Assembly (NCBI GenBank): GCA_002269645.1
Contig: NIVC01001558.1
Span: 124,001 to 188,000, forward strand
Direction: 5' to 3'
Length of the DNA: 64,000 nucleotides
Source of the DNA: Macrostomum lignano
Lineage: Eukaryota
Shown: positions 62,971 through 64,000 of the stretch, one piece after another
Numbering within the stretch: position 1 is the first letter of the stretch
Layout of the letters: each line of letters begins with the position of its first letter
Notes under the pieces: generated by a model
What the model was told of the DNA's origin: nothing
The model's input: the letters and a program-made list of their open reading frames with translations, nothing else
Databases searched by the model: none
Made by a program: the position numbers and the translations under genes

Positions 62971-64000
62971 TTGCTGCGATAAAATAGATATTTCACGCTC
63001 CCGTATATCTACCAGGCAGTTGCTGAAATGAGAGCTGGGGAGGCCAGCGAATTGCGAGCATAATGGGGTCTGGGGAATCAACTAGTCTCACTGCATTGTA
63101 AAAATATAGCGAACCTATCACAGCTGGTGGAGTTGACTCAGGCAAAGTGAAGCCCGGGGCAGGAAAGACAGAGCTGGGTTCCCATTGAGCTGTCTGGCGG
63201 AGGTGACAATGGGTCAGTGAATAGCACTTGCACTCCACCCCCCGCTTGTCCCACCCGATCCTAATTGCTGCTGCATTCAGAGCTAAGCAAACGCGCGGTC
63301 ATTGGGATTATAGGAAGTGAGCTGATCATGTTGGGGGTGTTGCATTAATGCGTGTTTATATTCCCCCACGCCAGGAAACTTAAGTCCGGATTCTGGGACA
63401 CATTATTTGGGAGAATATTGCTAGCGTTGAGTGGCAGAGGGCAAATTTTATGCGGGATGGGAATCTTCATAAAAAGCATCTCGTCATCAATAGTGGGCCA
63501 ATGTCCGTAAATTTTCATGCCTCGGAGTTGCATGCATATCCCGCAGGATGCAGTTGACAGTTGGACTAAAGAGAAGCAGCATTAGCGGGGAAATTTTGGA
63601 GAATGACTAATAAATCCTCGAGATTGTAAAACACAAAAAACTGTTGAAATTCTGCGGAAGCAGCCCCCCCCCCAGCATTGCATGTGCCGCTCTCATTTCA
63701 TTATCTGCCTCTTCAGTGCTTTTCCTAATTTCCCCAAGCTATCCACGCTGTCCTTATTGGCGATCCAAATTGAATTCCTGGAGAAAATCACCATGGAAAT
63801 TGGATTTATCTTTTAGATATTTTCGTTTGGGAGTTTGCAATAGTCTGGGATTTCCAAGAATCGCCAATTTCTTCAGCCCCGATAAGGCTCTCAGTGGCTA
63901 TTTGGTCTTGACTGCCATAGCTAGGGATGCTGGAACGGCTTGGCATCTGATTACGCAATCGATCCGAGCAGAAACTGTGCATCGGTGTCTGGGGCAATCA

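Overview
Eukaryotic (invertebrate) genomic DNA with short GT-AG introns, abundant CpG and many minisatellites. A free-living flatworm such as Macrostomum is a plausible source, but that is inference. Contents from left to right: (1) a minus-strand Ty3/Gypsy LTR retrotransposon (~3.8-11.5 kb) with gag, pol, integrase, a tRNA-Gln PBS and one recognisable LTR; (2) a 3.2-kb non-autonomous CACTA/EnSpm-like DNA element with 27-bp TIRs; (3) a 8+-exon myosin-light-chain-kinase-family gene (+); (4) a Yurt/EPB41L5-like FERM gene (-); (5) an intronless ependymin-related secreted protein gene (+); (6) a frameshifted SLC16/MCT fragment (-); (7) a coiled-coil/GRIP-like (quick-to-court-like) gene (-); (8) a 7-EC delta-type protocadherin (-) whose EC1 exon was not found in the window. 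Interspersed are two tRNA-derived SINE families, a hAT MITE family with long purine/pyrimidine tracts, a LINE 3' fragment and several tandem arrays. Best novelty candidate: the Gypsy pol frame begins, upstream of the start in the ORF track and overlapping the gag stop, with a clear cold-shock domain (RNP1/RNP2 motifs, CSDE1/UNR-like). It lies between the Gag zinc knuckle and the protease and is reachable only by a -1 frameshift or splicing. All homology calls are by eye; no database searches were run.
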